A stretch of 41,812 bases of DNA from Dehalococcoidia bacterium. GTDB lineage: Bacteria > Chloroflexota > Dehalococcoidia > Lucifugimonadales > UBA2985. Positions 1-8,304 of this stretch are shown one piece after another. How positions within the stretch are numbered: position 1 is the first letter of the stretch; every line of letters starts with the position of its first letter. The stretch covers positions 1-41,812 of the forward strand of contig CAUZSC010000002.1 in the NCBI GenBank assembly GCA_963582505.1, given 5' to 3'. The notes below the pieces were generated by a model that saw only the letters and a program-made list of their open reading frames with translations, had not been told where the DNA came from and did not search any database. Position numbers and translations under genes: made by a program.

Positions 1-14
1 CTAAAGACATATTT

Positions 15-1892
15 ATGCATAGACGCTTCTTGAAAAAGGATCTCTATCCCGGAATAATGCACTTCTGCCTATTCTGGGGAGCTATGTTCCTCCTGATAGC
101 AACGAGCATATCAGCCATTGAAGACAACTTGCATCAATGGCTACACATTGAATTTCCTACAAGAGGTTTCAGAGTTCAAGCAGGTTTTATCTGGGATTTA
201 GCAGGTGGTGGGTTAGCAACTATAGGTGTTGCCATGGCATTCTTCAGAAGATATGTACTCAGGCCACCAAGACTGAACACGCTATTTGAAGATCCAATTA
301 TCCTACTAGTAATACTATCTTTAATAGTTACTGGCTTTGCCGTAGAAGGATTGCGTATAGGAGCAACTGAACTGAATCCGGCTAGCACATTCTACAATCC
401 AGATATTGCAATATGGTCACCAATAGGATTTGCATTCGCTAAAATGTTTACTGGACTAGCAGGTTTATCAGTGTCAACACTGGAAAGTTTACACTTCCTA
501 ATGTGGTGGTCACATGCAGCAATAGTAGCTTTTGCATTCGCTTATGGTGCTATAAGATTCAATAAGCTTACTCATATGATTGTGGCTCCAATAAATGCGT
601 TTTTCATTTCAGCCAGACCTAAGGGAGCTCTTAGAGCTATGCCTAACCTAGAAACGTTGGATAGATTTGGTGCTAGTGATACGACTGATCTCACATGGAA
701 GCAATTACTAAGTTACGATGCATGTACAAATTGCGGTAGATGCCAAGACGCCTGCCCAGCTTGGGCAAGTGGTAAACCACTCTCACCTCGAAAAATAATT
801 CAGGATTTAAGAGCATTTACAGAACAAAGAGCCCCTGTACTTCTTGAACTCAAAGAGGGAGAGGAAGCTCCTCCACCAGAAATTCCAATGGTAGATTACG
901 TGACACAGGATGTTCTTTGGTCCTGCACAACTTGTAGAGCATGTATGGAAGCGTGTCCTGTATTTATTGAACACATAGACAGTATAGTAGATATGCGAAG
1001 ATACTTAGTTATGGAACAAGGTAGCCTCCCGGAAACTGCAATGAACGCCCTTCAAAGCCTCGAACAAAGAGGTCATCCATGGAGAGGAACAACCTCAACA
1101 AGAACCGAGTGGACAGAAGGATTAGATGTTCCTCTGATGTCTGAAGACAGTGATGTAGATGTGTTGTTCTGGGTAGGATGCACAGCGGCGCTTGATCAGA
1201 GAAGCCAAAGAATGGCACGCTCAATGGCATCAACTTTAAAACTCGCAGGAGTAAAATTTGCTATTCTTGGGATGGAAGAAAACTGCACAGGTGACCCAGC
1301 AAGACGATTAGGAAATGAGTATCTGTTTATAACGCTCGCAGAACAAAATATCGAACTTTTGAACAGCTATAATGTTAAGAAAATTGTAACAATATGTCCA
1401 CATTGCTTTAACAGTATAAAGAATGAATATCCTCAACTTGGTGGGGATTTTGAAGTTCTGCACTACACTCAATATGTGAATGAACTTATACAGCAGGGTA
1501 AAATAAAACTACTTCGCACTATAGAAACAACCATGGCGTATCACGATTCATGCTACTTGGGACGACATAACGATGTTTATGATGACCCAAGACAAGTTGC
1601 AAGTGCAATACCAGGACTAAAATTGATTGAAATGGATAAATGCCGAGAAAATGGTTTCTGCTGTGGAGCTGGTGGTGGAAGAATGTGGATGGATGAACCA
1701 GGAACTAGGGTCAGTGATATCAGAACACAACATTTCTTAGATACAGGAGCTGAGACTCTCGGGGTATCTTGTCCGTTCTGCATACAACAGCTTGAAGCAG
1801 GAATACAAACTGCAGGTGTATCAGATACAAGAAAAGTTAAAGATCTATTAGAATTGGTTGTAGAATCTGCGACTCCAGAAAAACCAAACTAG
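15..1892 (+). CDS. Membrane-anchored Fe-S oxidoreductase: a multi-TM NarI/cytochrome-b-like N-domain fused to a 2x[4Fe-4S] ferredoxin motif and two CCG cysteine-rich domains (HdrD/GlcF/EtfD-like). Possibly 5'-truncated by the window edge.
   Basis: About five hydrophobic helices lie in the first ~200 aa. There are two CxxCxxCxxxCP motifs (CTNCGRCQDACP, CTTCRACMEACP). CCG-type motifs follow (ENCTGDP...CPHCF; GFCCGAGGG...CPFC). The frame stays open upstream of the ATG at 15 (no in-frame stop in nt 3-14), so the true start may lie outside the window. Confidence 0.8.
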   Translation: MHRRFLKKDLYPGIMHFCLFWGAMFLLIATSISAIEDNLHQWLHIEFPTRGFRVQAGFIWDLAGGGLATIGVAMAFFRRYVLRPPRLNTLFEDPIILLVILSLIVTGFAVEGLRIGATELNPASTFYNPDIAIWSPIGFAFAKMFTGLAGLSVSTLESLHFLMWWSHAAIVAFAFAYGAIRFNKLTHMIVAPINAFFISARPKGALRAMPNLETLDRFGASDTTDLTWKQLLSYDACTNCGRCQDACPAWASGKPLSPRKIIQDLRAFTEQRAPVLLELKEGEEAPPPEIPMVDYVTQDVLWSCTTCRACMEACPVFIEHIDSIVDMRRYLVMEQGSLPETAMNALQSLEQRGHPWRGTTSTRTEWTEGLDVPLMSEDSDVDVLFWVGCTAALDQRSQRMARSMASTLKLAGVKFAILGMEENCTGDPARRLGNEYLFITLAEQNIELLNSYNVKKIVTICPHCFNSIKNEYPQLGGDFEVLHYTQYVNELIQQGKIKLLRTIETTMAYHDSCYLGRHNDVYDDPRQVASAIPGLKLIEMDKCRENGFCCGAGGGRMWMDEPGTRVSDIRTQHFLDTGAETLGVSCPFCIQQLEAGIQTAGVSDTRKVKDLLELVVESATPEKPN

Positions 1893-2255
1893 TATGTATA
1901 TGTTTGTGACTCTACTATTTTACCAGTTATAGGCTCGAAATATTCTTCTCTTAGTACACGCTTAAGCACATTACCATGCCCCACACACCCTTAAGGGAAG
2001 TTCATCTATGAACACAAACCATCCTCAAAACGTTTAAAACCTGCCACCTTTGGTCTGCTTAGTAAGAGCTTGTGCATCTGATTCCTTTACTTACTATCGT
2101 TCTAACTCTTTCACCCAACGCCACATCGTATATACCAAAATGGCCACCTCATCTACACCTGGTTGGACATTATAATTTAGTCTACTTGCCCTCTGGGGCA
2201 ATCATCTCGCCGCCACGTTTTATAAAGTCTTTTGCCATTCCAGATAAGAGAATAT
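1889..2255 (-). pseudogene. Decayed partial duplicate of the 3' end (about the last 115 codons plus a few nt of 3' flank) of the adjacent acyl-CoA synthetase gene.
   Basis: Nt 1889-2255 align by eye with 2307-2687, including a 47-nt identical run (2190-2236 vs 2621-2667). The copy carries many substitutions, several indels (for example a ~20-nt deletion relative to 2470-2490) and an in-frame stop after ...GGEMIAPEGK. Confidence 0.7.
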
Positions 2256-2297
2256 AAAAAGAGGAGATGTACTGTGTAGCACATCTCCTCTTTTTAT
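2254..2297. terminator. Bidirectional intrinsic terminator hairpin.
   Basis: Perfect 17-bp stem (2254-2270 pairs with 2281-2297; core GAGGAGATGT/ACATCTCCTC) with a 10-nt loop. It has an A-run on the left and a T-run on the right, so a U-tract follows on either strand. It lies 3' of the minus-strand acyl-CoA synthetase gene and is the first hairpin downstream of the plus-strand Fe-S gene. Confidence 0.75.
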
Positions 2298-2339
2298 TTA
2301 TACTAATCTAGTATGTATATTATTTGTGACTCTATTCTT

Positions 2340-3905
2340 TTACCCAGTTATAGGCTCAGGATATTCTTCTCTTAGTACCCGCTTAAGCACCTTACCCATT
2401 GGGTTCCTCGGAAGTTCATCTGTGAACACAACATCCTCAGGACGTTTAAAACCTGCCATCTTGGGTCTGCAATGCTCTATTATTTCTTCTTTAGTAAGAG
2501 CTTGTGCATTTGATTTCTTTACTACTATAGCTCTAACTCTTTCACCCCAGTCCACATCATATATACCAATAATGGCCGCCTCATCTACACCTGGGTGGGA
2601 CATTATAATTTGTTCTACTTCCTCTGGGGCAATCATCTCGCCGCCACGTTTTATAAAGTCTTTTGCCCTTCCAGATAAGAAAATATAGCCGTCTTCGTCC
2701 CAAAAGCCAAGGTCACCAGTATATAACCATCCACCTCTCAAAGTCTCTTTGGTGGCTTCTTCTCTATTCCAGTAACCTTTCATCAGTCTAGAGCCTCTAG
2801 CAACAATTTCACCAGTTTCACCAATAGATACGTCTCCGCCATCCTCGTTAACTATCTTCACTTCAACATCTGGCAAGGGCTTACCAATAGATGAAAGCCT
2901 ATTAAGTTTCTTCTCAAATTCAGGATCATCTTCTTTTATGTCATGATCCTCGGGTGGAAGCATTGTGATGGTTGACGCTGTTTCAGTCTGACCAAAAGCA
3001 TTAATAAATTTTGTGTCCGGGAATTCTAATATTGCTTTCCTTATTACCTCCAAAGGCATGGGAGCAGCACCGTATGTTATGACTGACAGACTGCTCAAAT
3101 CAAAGTCATGGAATTTCTCGCTGTCCATAAGCATTTTAAGCATAGTAGGAACCATCATAGCTCTATGGACTTTTTCATCCTGAACTAACTGCATCCATCC
3201 TTCTACGTCGAATTGCCTCTGCAGCACCAATGTACGCCCACCGTAAATTGCAGCCATAACTGCCTGTACTCCAGCAATATGATGAAGCGGAACAGTGAGA
3301 ATATTTTTCTCAGAATCATCCATGTCAACAGGCTCAACATTAGCCAGAATATAAGAAGAAAAGCTATTGTGACTCAACATCACACCTTTTGGAGTACCCG
3401 TGGTTCCAGCAGTAAACATTATGATCGAAGTATCATCGTCATCAGCCTCAGGAAATCTCTCTTCATCCGATGAGTTATTAATCAAATCTTCGTAGAACAC
3501 AAATCCTTCTCCCGGACCCTCTAAAGTGACTGCGTGTTCCAATGTAGTCAATTCAGGTTTTATCTCGTTTACCATGTCTTGGTAACGCTGACCCATAACT
3601 ATTACTTTGACTCCGGAGTCATTCAGCATAAAAGTAAGTTCTTCAGATCTGGCTCTGAAATTTATTGGAACAAATATACAATCCAACTTGGTTGCAGCGA
3701 AGTAGGCTTCAATATGTTCATTACAATTAACTTGCATAACTGCTACTCTGTCACCAGACTGAACACCTAGACCAGCGAGTCCATTAGCTAACCGATTTAC
3801 CCTATCCATAAGCTCACCATAGGTGAACCTGCGCTCATCAAATATGATGGCATCCCTATCTGGAACAATGGCAGCTGTTATAGTAAGTAACTCCGTAGTA
3901 TTCAT
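2340..3905 (-). CDS. Acyl-CoA synthetase / AMP-dependent ligase (fatty-acid-CoA ligase family).
   Basis: AMP-binding P-loop FTAGTTGTPKGVMLSH. Further adenylate-forming family motifs: YTGDLGFWDEDGYIFLSGRAKDFIKRGGEMIAPEEVE and a C-terminal PRNPMGKVLKRVL. GGAGGT lies upstream of the ATG. Confidence 0.9.
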   Translation of the reverse strand: MNTTELLTITAAIVPDRDAIIFDERRFTYGELMDRVNRLANGLAGLGVQSGDRVAVMQVNCNEHIEAYFAATKLDCIFVPINFRARSEELTFMLNDSGVKVIVMGQRYQDMVNEIKPELTTLEHAVTLEGPGEGFVFYEDLINNSSDEERFPEADDDDTSIIMFTAGTTGTPKGVMLSHNSFSSYILANVEPVDMDDSEKNILTVPLHHIAGVQAVMAAIYGGRTLVLQRQFDVEGWMQLVQDEKVHRAMMVPTMLKMLMDSEKFHDFDLSSLSVITYGAAPMPLEVIRKAILEFPDTKFINAFGQTETASTITMLPPEDHDIKEDDPEFEKKLNRLSSIGKPLPDVEVKIVNEDGGDVSIGETGEIVARGSRLMKGYWNREEATKETLRGGWLYTGDLGFWDEDGYIFLSGRAKDFIKRGGEMIAPEEVEQIIMSHPGVDEAAIIGIYDVDWGERVRAIVVKKSNAQALTKEEIIEHCRPKMAGFKRPEDVVFTDELPRNPMGKVLKRVLREEYPEPITG

Positions 3906-3953
3906 TATCTACCTCCACTTTTCATATATAACAATACTTATACGATAATCCTG

Positions 3954-4682
3954 CTAGCTATCTATCGCCATAGATCCTACCGCAATTCTTAGCTCCATAT
4001 TCAAAGCAGGCTCCAATGGCAACTCAATCCCACGCCTAATTGCTTTCTTGATAGCAACCATTGGTCCACGTGGATAGCGTGCCAATTCACTAGCCAATGT
4101 CATGGCCACGTCCACTATAGTATCACCAGATACCACTTTATGCACTAGCCCAAAATCAAGTGCACCATAGACATCAAATTGATTGCCTGATAAAAGCATT
4201 TCGTTAGCTCTAGGTATCCCAATTGTTCTGGGAAGTGTCTGACTACCGCCTGCAGCCGGTAACATACCCAAACCCGCTTCTGGAAGTATGAAAATAGAGT
4301 CTTGTGCAGCTAATCTCAAATCACATAGCAACGCCATTTCAAGGCCGGAGCCTATAACATAACCATGTAAGGCTGCAATTATTGGTTTTTCAATAGAAAG
4401 CAACAATCCCCATACATCCCTTTCCCATCTCACATCTCTAGCAATAACTCGAGAAGGAGAAGATCCAAATTCAGTAAGATCTGCGCCAGAACAGAATGCC
4501 CTGTCACCTTCACCTCTGAGAACTATACAAGCTACATCTGGATCTTCTTGGACAGCCGAAAATACCTGATATATTTCATCTCTCATCTTAATGTTATAGG
4601 CATTTAGGACTTTAGGCCTGTTAAGAACTACTTCAGCTACATCATCATTCTTTATATATTTTACTGTTTCGAAATCGCTCAT
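3954..4682 (-). CDS. Enoyl-CoA hydratase/isomerase (crotonase) family protein.
   Basis: Crotonase-fold hallmarks: LNRPKVLNA, FCSGADL, IAALHGYVIGSGLEMALLCDLRLA. Confidence 0.85.
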   Translation of the reverse strand: MSDFETVKYIKNDDVAEVVLNRPKVLNAYNIKMRDEIYQVFSAVQEDPDVACIVLRGEGDRAFCSGADLTEFGSSPSRVIARDVRWERDVWGLLLSIEKPIIAALHGYVIGSGLEMALLCDLRLAAQDSIFILPEAGLGMLPAAGGSQTLPRTIGIPRANEMLLSGNQFDVYGALDFGLVHKVVSGDTIVDVAMTLASELARYPRGPMVAIKKAIRRGIELPLEPALNMELRIAVGSMAIDS

Positions 4683-4695
4683 ATAAGACTACTCT

Positions 4696-5481
4696 TCATT
4701 CACCCTTGAATAACGGAGCCCTTCTTTCCAGAAATGAATTGATCCCTTCCGCTCTATCGATAGTAGTTTGAAGGATTATATTTAAATCAGCCTCAAGCCT
4801 CATCCCCTGTTCTAATGTAAGGTCCATACCTTTATTTATAGCTTCCTTCATGTATCTGGTAGCAATTGGAGCCATTAAAGCAATTTTATTAGCCAAAGAA
4901 AATGCCTCACCTAAAACTTTAGTTTTCGGGATGACCTTATGCACAAGTCCAATCTTCAACGCCTCTTTAGCGTTTACAAGCCTACCCGTTAGTAACAAAT
5001 CCATTCCCCATGCCAAACCTATTGATCTAGGTAACCGTTGTGTCCCACCATCCCATGGCATGCTACCTTCGCTTATACCAGGAAAACCAAAAAAGGATCT
5101 ATTTGAGGATATTCTGATATCACATGCTAAAGCTAATTCTAGGCCGTGACTTATAGCGTGCCCATTTAGCGCACATATCACTGGTTTCTCCAATGAACTT
5201 ATTGCACTAGCCACCATGTTATTCTTTAGATAAGTTTCAAGATCGTTACTTGAAAGCTTCCCTTGGATATCTCTCAATGGTTCATCATCACCCATACAAA
5301 ATATGTCTCCAACAGATGTCAGGACTACCACACTAATATCCTCATCCTTTGATATATCTGATACTACTTCTCGCATATCTTGAGATAACGCTTCGTTAAT
5401 ACGATTTTCTGAATCTGGTCTATTAATTGTGATAAATGCTACACCAGACTGCTTATTGTAAATAAGATTTTCTTGCCTCAT
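4696..5481 (-). CDS. Enoyl-CoA hydratase/isomerase (crotonase) family protein, paralog of the downstream gene.
   Basis: INRPDSENRIN and ICALNGHAISHGLELALACDIRIS. The size (261 aa) is typical. It lies 13 nt upstream of the next crotonase gene. Confidence 0.85.
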   Translation of the reverse strand: MRQENLIYNKQSGVAFITINRPDSENRINEALSQDMREVVSDISKDEDISVVVLTSVGDIFCMGDDEPLRDIQGKLSSNDLETYLKNNMVASAISSLEKPVICALNGHAISHGLELALACDIRISSNRSFFGFPGISEGSMPWDGGTQRLPRSIGLAWGMDLLLTGRLVNAKEALKIGLVHKVIPKTKVLGEAFSLANKIALMAPIATRYMKEAINKGMDLTLEQGMRLEADLNIILQTTIDRAEGINSFLERRAPLFKGE

Positions 5482-5636
5482 AAACTCAAATACCTAAATC
5501 CATCTATACATAACCTAAGCATATAAGCTTTCTCTTTAGACCAACAACTATTACAGCTAATATCCCAAGTTTTGACTATTTCAATACCAAGATAAACAAT
5601 CTATATATTATATTCAAAAGAATTGTGATATTTCTA

Positions 5637-6914
5637 TTATTCTCTAATATGACCCCTACCAAATATGATCCATTTATATGATGTCAGTTCCCTCAATCCC
5701 ATGGGACCCCGGGCATGCATCTTATTGGTGCTTATTGCAACTTCAGCCCCCAATCCAAGTTGGCCCCCATCTGTAAAACGAGTACTAGCATTTACATATA
5801 CTGCTGCTGCATCAATCTCGTCAAGAAATCTCATAGCATTCGAATAATTTTCACTAACTATAGCTTCTGAATGACCAGATCCATACTGGTCAATATGTTC
5901 TATAGCTTCATCTAGAGAATCTACTATTTTAACCGCTGCAGTCAGAGATAAAAACTCCTTACCCCAATCTTCATCAGTACTACTTTTCACATATGGAAGT
6001 TCCAAAGGTGCTAATATACTTGTTGCACGTATATCACAATGCATTTCTACTCCGGCTTTAGCCCATTCTACAGCGATCGCTGGAAGGTATTCACTTGCAA
6101 CAGATGAGTGAACTAACAATGTATCTAGGGCATTACAAACAGTGGGACGCTGGACTTTAGCATTATATGCTATATCCACCGCACTATTAATGTCAGCGTA
6201 TTCATCTACATATGTATGGCATACACCTATTCCTCCTGTAATGACTGGCATATGGGCATTTTCTCCCACAAATCTAATAAATTCCGCTCCACCTCTTGGT
6301 ATCATCAAATCTATATACTCTTTCATAGAAAGCATTCGCTCTACAATTGCCCGATCAGTTGATTCCACAAGTTGTACCGCGTCGATAGTTATACCTGCAT
6401 CTTGTATTGCACTACGAACAACACTTGCCAATATCTTATTAGAGCGTATAGCTTCACTCCCTCCTCTTAAAATAACAGCATTACCAGATTTTATGCAGAG
6501 AACAGCTATATCTACTGTAACGTTTGGCCTACTCTCATATATAGCTCCTATAACTCCTAATGGCACACGCCTACGCCCCACTTGCAAACCATTAGGGAGA
6601 ACGCTGACATCAAAGCTCTCTCCTATGGGATCGGGTAATGCAGCAACATTTCTGACATCACTAGAGATACTATGTAACCTAGATTCGTTAAGCATTAATC
6701 TGTCCAACAGAGAGTTAGCGAGACCAGCTTCTCTACCAGAATTTATATCCTGAGCGTTAACCTCTAATATTTGTTCTTTGTTTGCTTGAATAGCATCGGC
6801 TATATAGTGGAGACCTTTGTTTTTAACATCTGTGGACAGTCTGGAAAGTTGACGTGTCGCACGTCGAGCAGATTGAGCTTTAGTAATTATCTCATCAAAT
6901 TCATTAGTCTCCAT
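5637..6914 (-). CDS. proA: Gamma-glutamyl phosphate reductase.
   Basis: Aldehyde-dehydrogenase-like ProA motifs: IYESRPNVT, VCNALDTLLVH, VNASTRFTDGGQLGLGAEVAISTNKMHARGPMGL. It lies immediately downstream of proB. Confidence 0.93.
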   Translation of the reverse strand: METNEFDEIITKAQSARRATRQLSRLSTDVKNKGLHYIADAIQANKEQILEVNAQDINSGREAGLANSLLDRLMLNESRLHSISSDVRNVAALPDPIGESFDVSVLPNGLQVGRRRVPLGVIGAIYESRPNVTVDIAVLCIKSGNAVILRGGSEAIRSNKILASVVRSAIQDAGITIDAVQLVESTDRAIVERMLSMKEYIDLMIPRGGAEFIRFVGENAHMPVITGGIGVCHTYVDEYADINSAVDIAYNAKVQRPTVCNALDTLLVHSSVASEYLPAIAVEWAKAGVEMHCDIRATSILAPLELPYVKSSTDEDWGKEFLSLTAAVKIVDSLDEAIEHIDQYGSGHSEAIVSENYSNAMRFLDEIDAAAVYVNASTRFTDGGQLGLGAEVAISTNKMHARGPMGLRELTSYKWIIFGRGHIRE

Positions 6915-6991
6915 AATAATTTCCTTCCTATATCACACTATTACAACCTGACATTTGACTAAACACTTGTAAAAGCAACAGAACCATTCAC

Positions 6992-8101
6992 TTATAAGAT
7001 TACCAAGTTATTCCTATGGAGAACTTCTTCTCCATATTCATAACCTAATACGTCTCTTATGTTGTAGGATCGTATTCCTTTTATAATATTTACGTCAGGC
7101 GATGAATAGCTAGTTATACCACAAGCTATTCTATTGCCATCCAAATCTGTAACTATAATTATATCACCCCTGCTAAAATCCCCTTCAACATACCTAATAC
7201 CAGGTGGTAGGAGGCTACTGTTACCTTCACGCAAAGCAACTGAAGCTCCATAGTCTACAACTATTTTACACTCTTCAGAGGCAACGCTCAGCATCCATCT
7301 TTTTCGGCTCTCCATTTTATTGGCAGTCGCTGCAAAGAAAGTCCCTATGGGTTCTCCAGTACAAATACGAGTTATTATTTCATCACTTTTCCCATTGGCA
7401 ATAATTACAGCAACACCCGAAGAAGTTGCAAGTTTTATGGCTTCTAACTTAGCATGCATACCCCCACTACCTCTTACACCGTGCCCAGCACCAGCAAGAG
7501 ATTCTATAGCTTCGTCTATTCTGTCTACATTCGATATAAGCATTGCATCTGGATTAGTATGCGGATCTGACGTATATAAACCCTCTATATCACTAAGCAC
7601 AATCAATAAGTCAGCATCTATAAGATTAGACAACATAGCTGATAAACTATCGTTATCCCCAAAAACTTTAACTCCCAACTCCTCTACAGCAACCACATCA
7701 TTCTCGTTTATTATTGGTATTACTCCCAAATCTAATAGAGCCAAGATAGTATTTCTAACATTAAGGTACCCTTCACGGTCGAGTATGTCCCCTCTAGATA
7801 ACAAGGCTTGGGCAACCGTTATTCCATGGGCACTAAACATATCTTCATATATATGCATAAGCCTAGTCTGGCCAATCGCTGCTAACACTTGACGAGATGG
7901 TATATCTTTACCGGCGTTTACGTCACCGAAAACCTGTCTACCAGCGGCAATAGCGCCAGATGTAACCAACAATACATCTTTACCGTTTAGTCTCATACGA
8001 GAAATTTGATCAACTAAAGATGACATAACCTTAAGATCAAGATCTTCTTTGCCGCCCGTCAGCACATTAGTTCCTGCTTTTATAACGACACGATTATACA
8101 T
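6992..8101 (-). CDS. proB: Glutamate 5-kinase with a C-terminal PUA domain.
   Basis: VIKAGTNVLT, VTSGAIAAG and GDNDSLSA motifs. The C-terminal ~90 aa are PUA-like. It forms a proB-proA pair. Confidence 0.93.
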   Translation of the reverse strand: MYNRVVIKAGTNVLTGGKEDLDLKVMSSLVDQISRMRLNGKDVLLVTSGAIAAGRQVFGDVNAGKDIPSRQVLAAIGQTRLMHIYEDMFSAHGITVAQALLSRGDILDREGYLNVRNTILALLDLGVIPIINENDVVAVEELGVKVFGDNDSLSAMLSNLIDADLLIVLSDIEGLYTSDPHTNPDAMLISNVDRIDEAIESLAGAGHGVRGSGGMHAKLEAIKLATSSGVAVIIANGKSDEIITRICTGEPIGTFFAATANKMESRKRWMLSVASEECKIVVDYGASVALREGNSSLLPPGIRYVEGDFSRGDIIIVTDLDGNRIACGITSYSSPDVNIIKGIRSYNIRDVLGYEYGEEVLHRNNLVIL

Positions 8102-8239
8102 TTAACATCTGCCTTGTAAACATTAATAGGATATACTAATAGTAATCTATTTGACTCATAGAGATAATTTTATTATATCAGGAATACATATATACTAATG
8201 TTTTATAATAATAAAAGTGGATCTTATTTTGACGCTACA

Positions 8240-8268
8240 TTGACACACTTTAATAGCTATCCTAAAAT
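8240..8268 (+). promoter_or_regulatory. Sigma70-type promoter candidate for alaS.
   Basis: TTGACA (8240-8245), a 17-nt spacer, then TAAAAT (8263-8268), about 37 nt upstream of the alaS start. Confidence 0.45.
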
Positions 8269-8304
8269 CCCAGCTAAATTACGACAGTTTGAGAGAAAAC
8301 TCAA

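Noticed and set aside
1889-2687. Could the two similar ~370-nt segments be the template and variable repeats of a diversity-generating retroelement, given that the variable copy sits at the 3' end of a gene?
   Set aside because: No reverse transcriptase gene is in the window. The differences include indels and changes at all four bases rather than adenine-specific substitutions. The gene copy encodes a conserved catalytic C-domain of an adenylate-forming enzyme, not a variable ligand-binding fold. A decayed duplication explains it better.
6142-7892. Long plus-strand ORFs (6142..6753, 7320..7892) inside proA and proB.
   Set aside because: These are antisense shadow ORFs of clearly identifiable genes. 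Their translations are low-complexity (Ser/Thr/Ile/Leu/Pro-rich) with no recognisable motifs.
8102-8304. A T-box leader or riboswitch upstream of alaS, and a purine riboswitch upstream of purA (19682-19802).
   Set aside because: The leaders are too short: about 30 nt from the candidate promoter to alaS, and about 120 nt before purA. They lack the conserved T-box or purine-riboswitch sequence cores.
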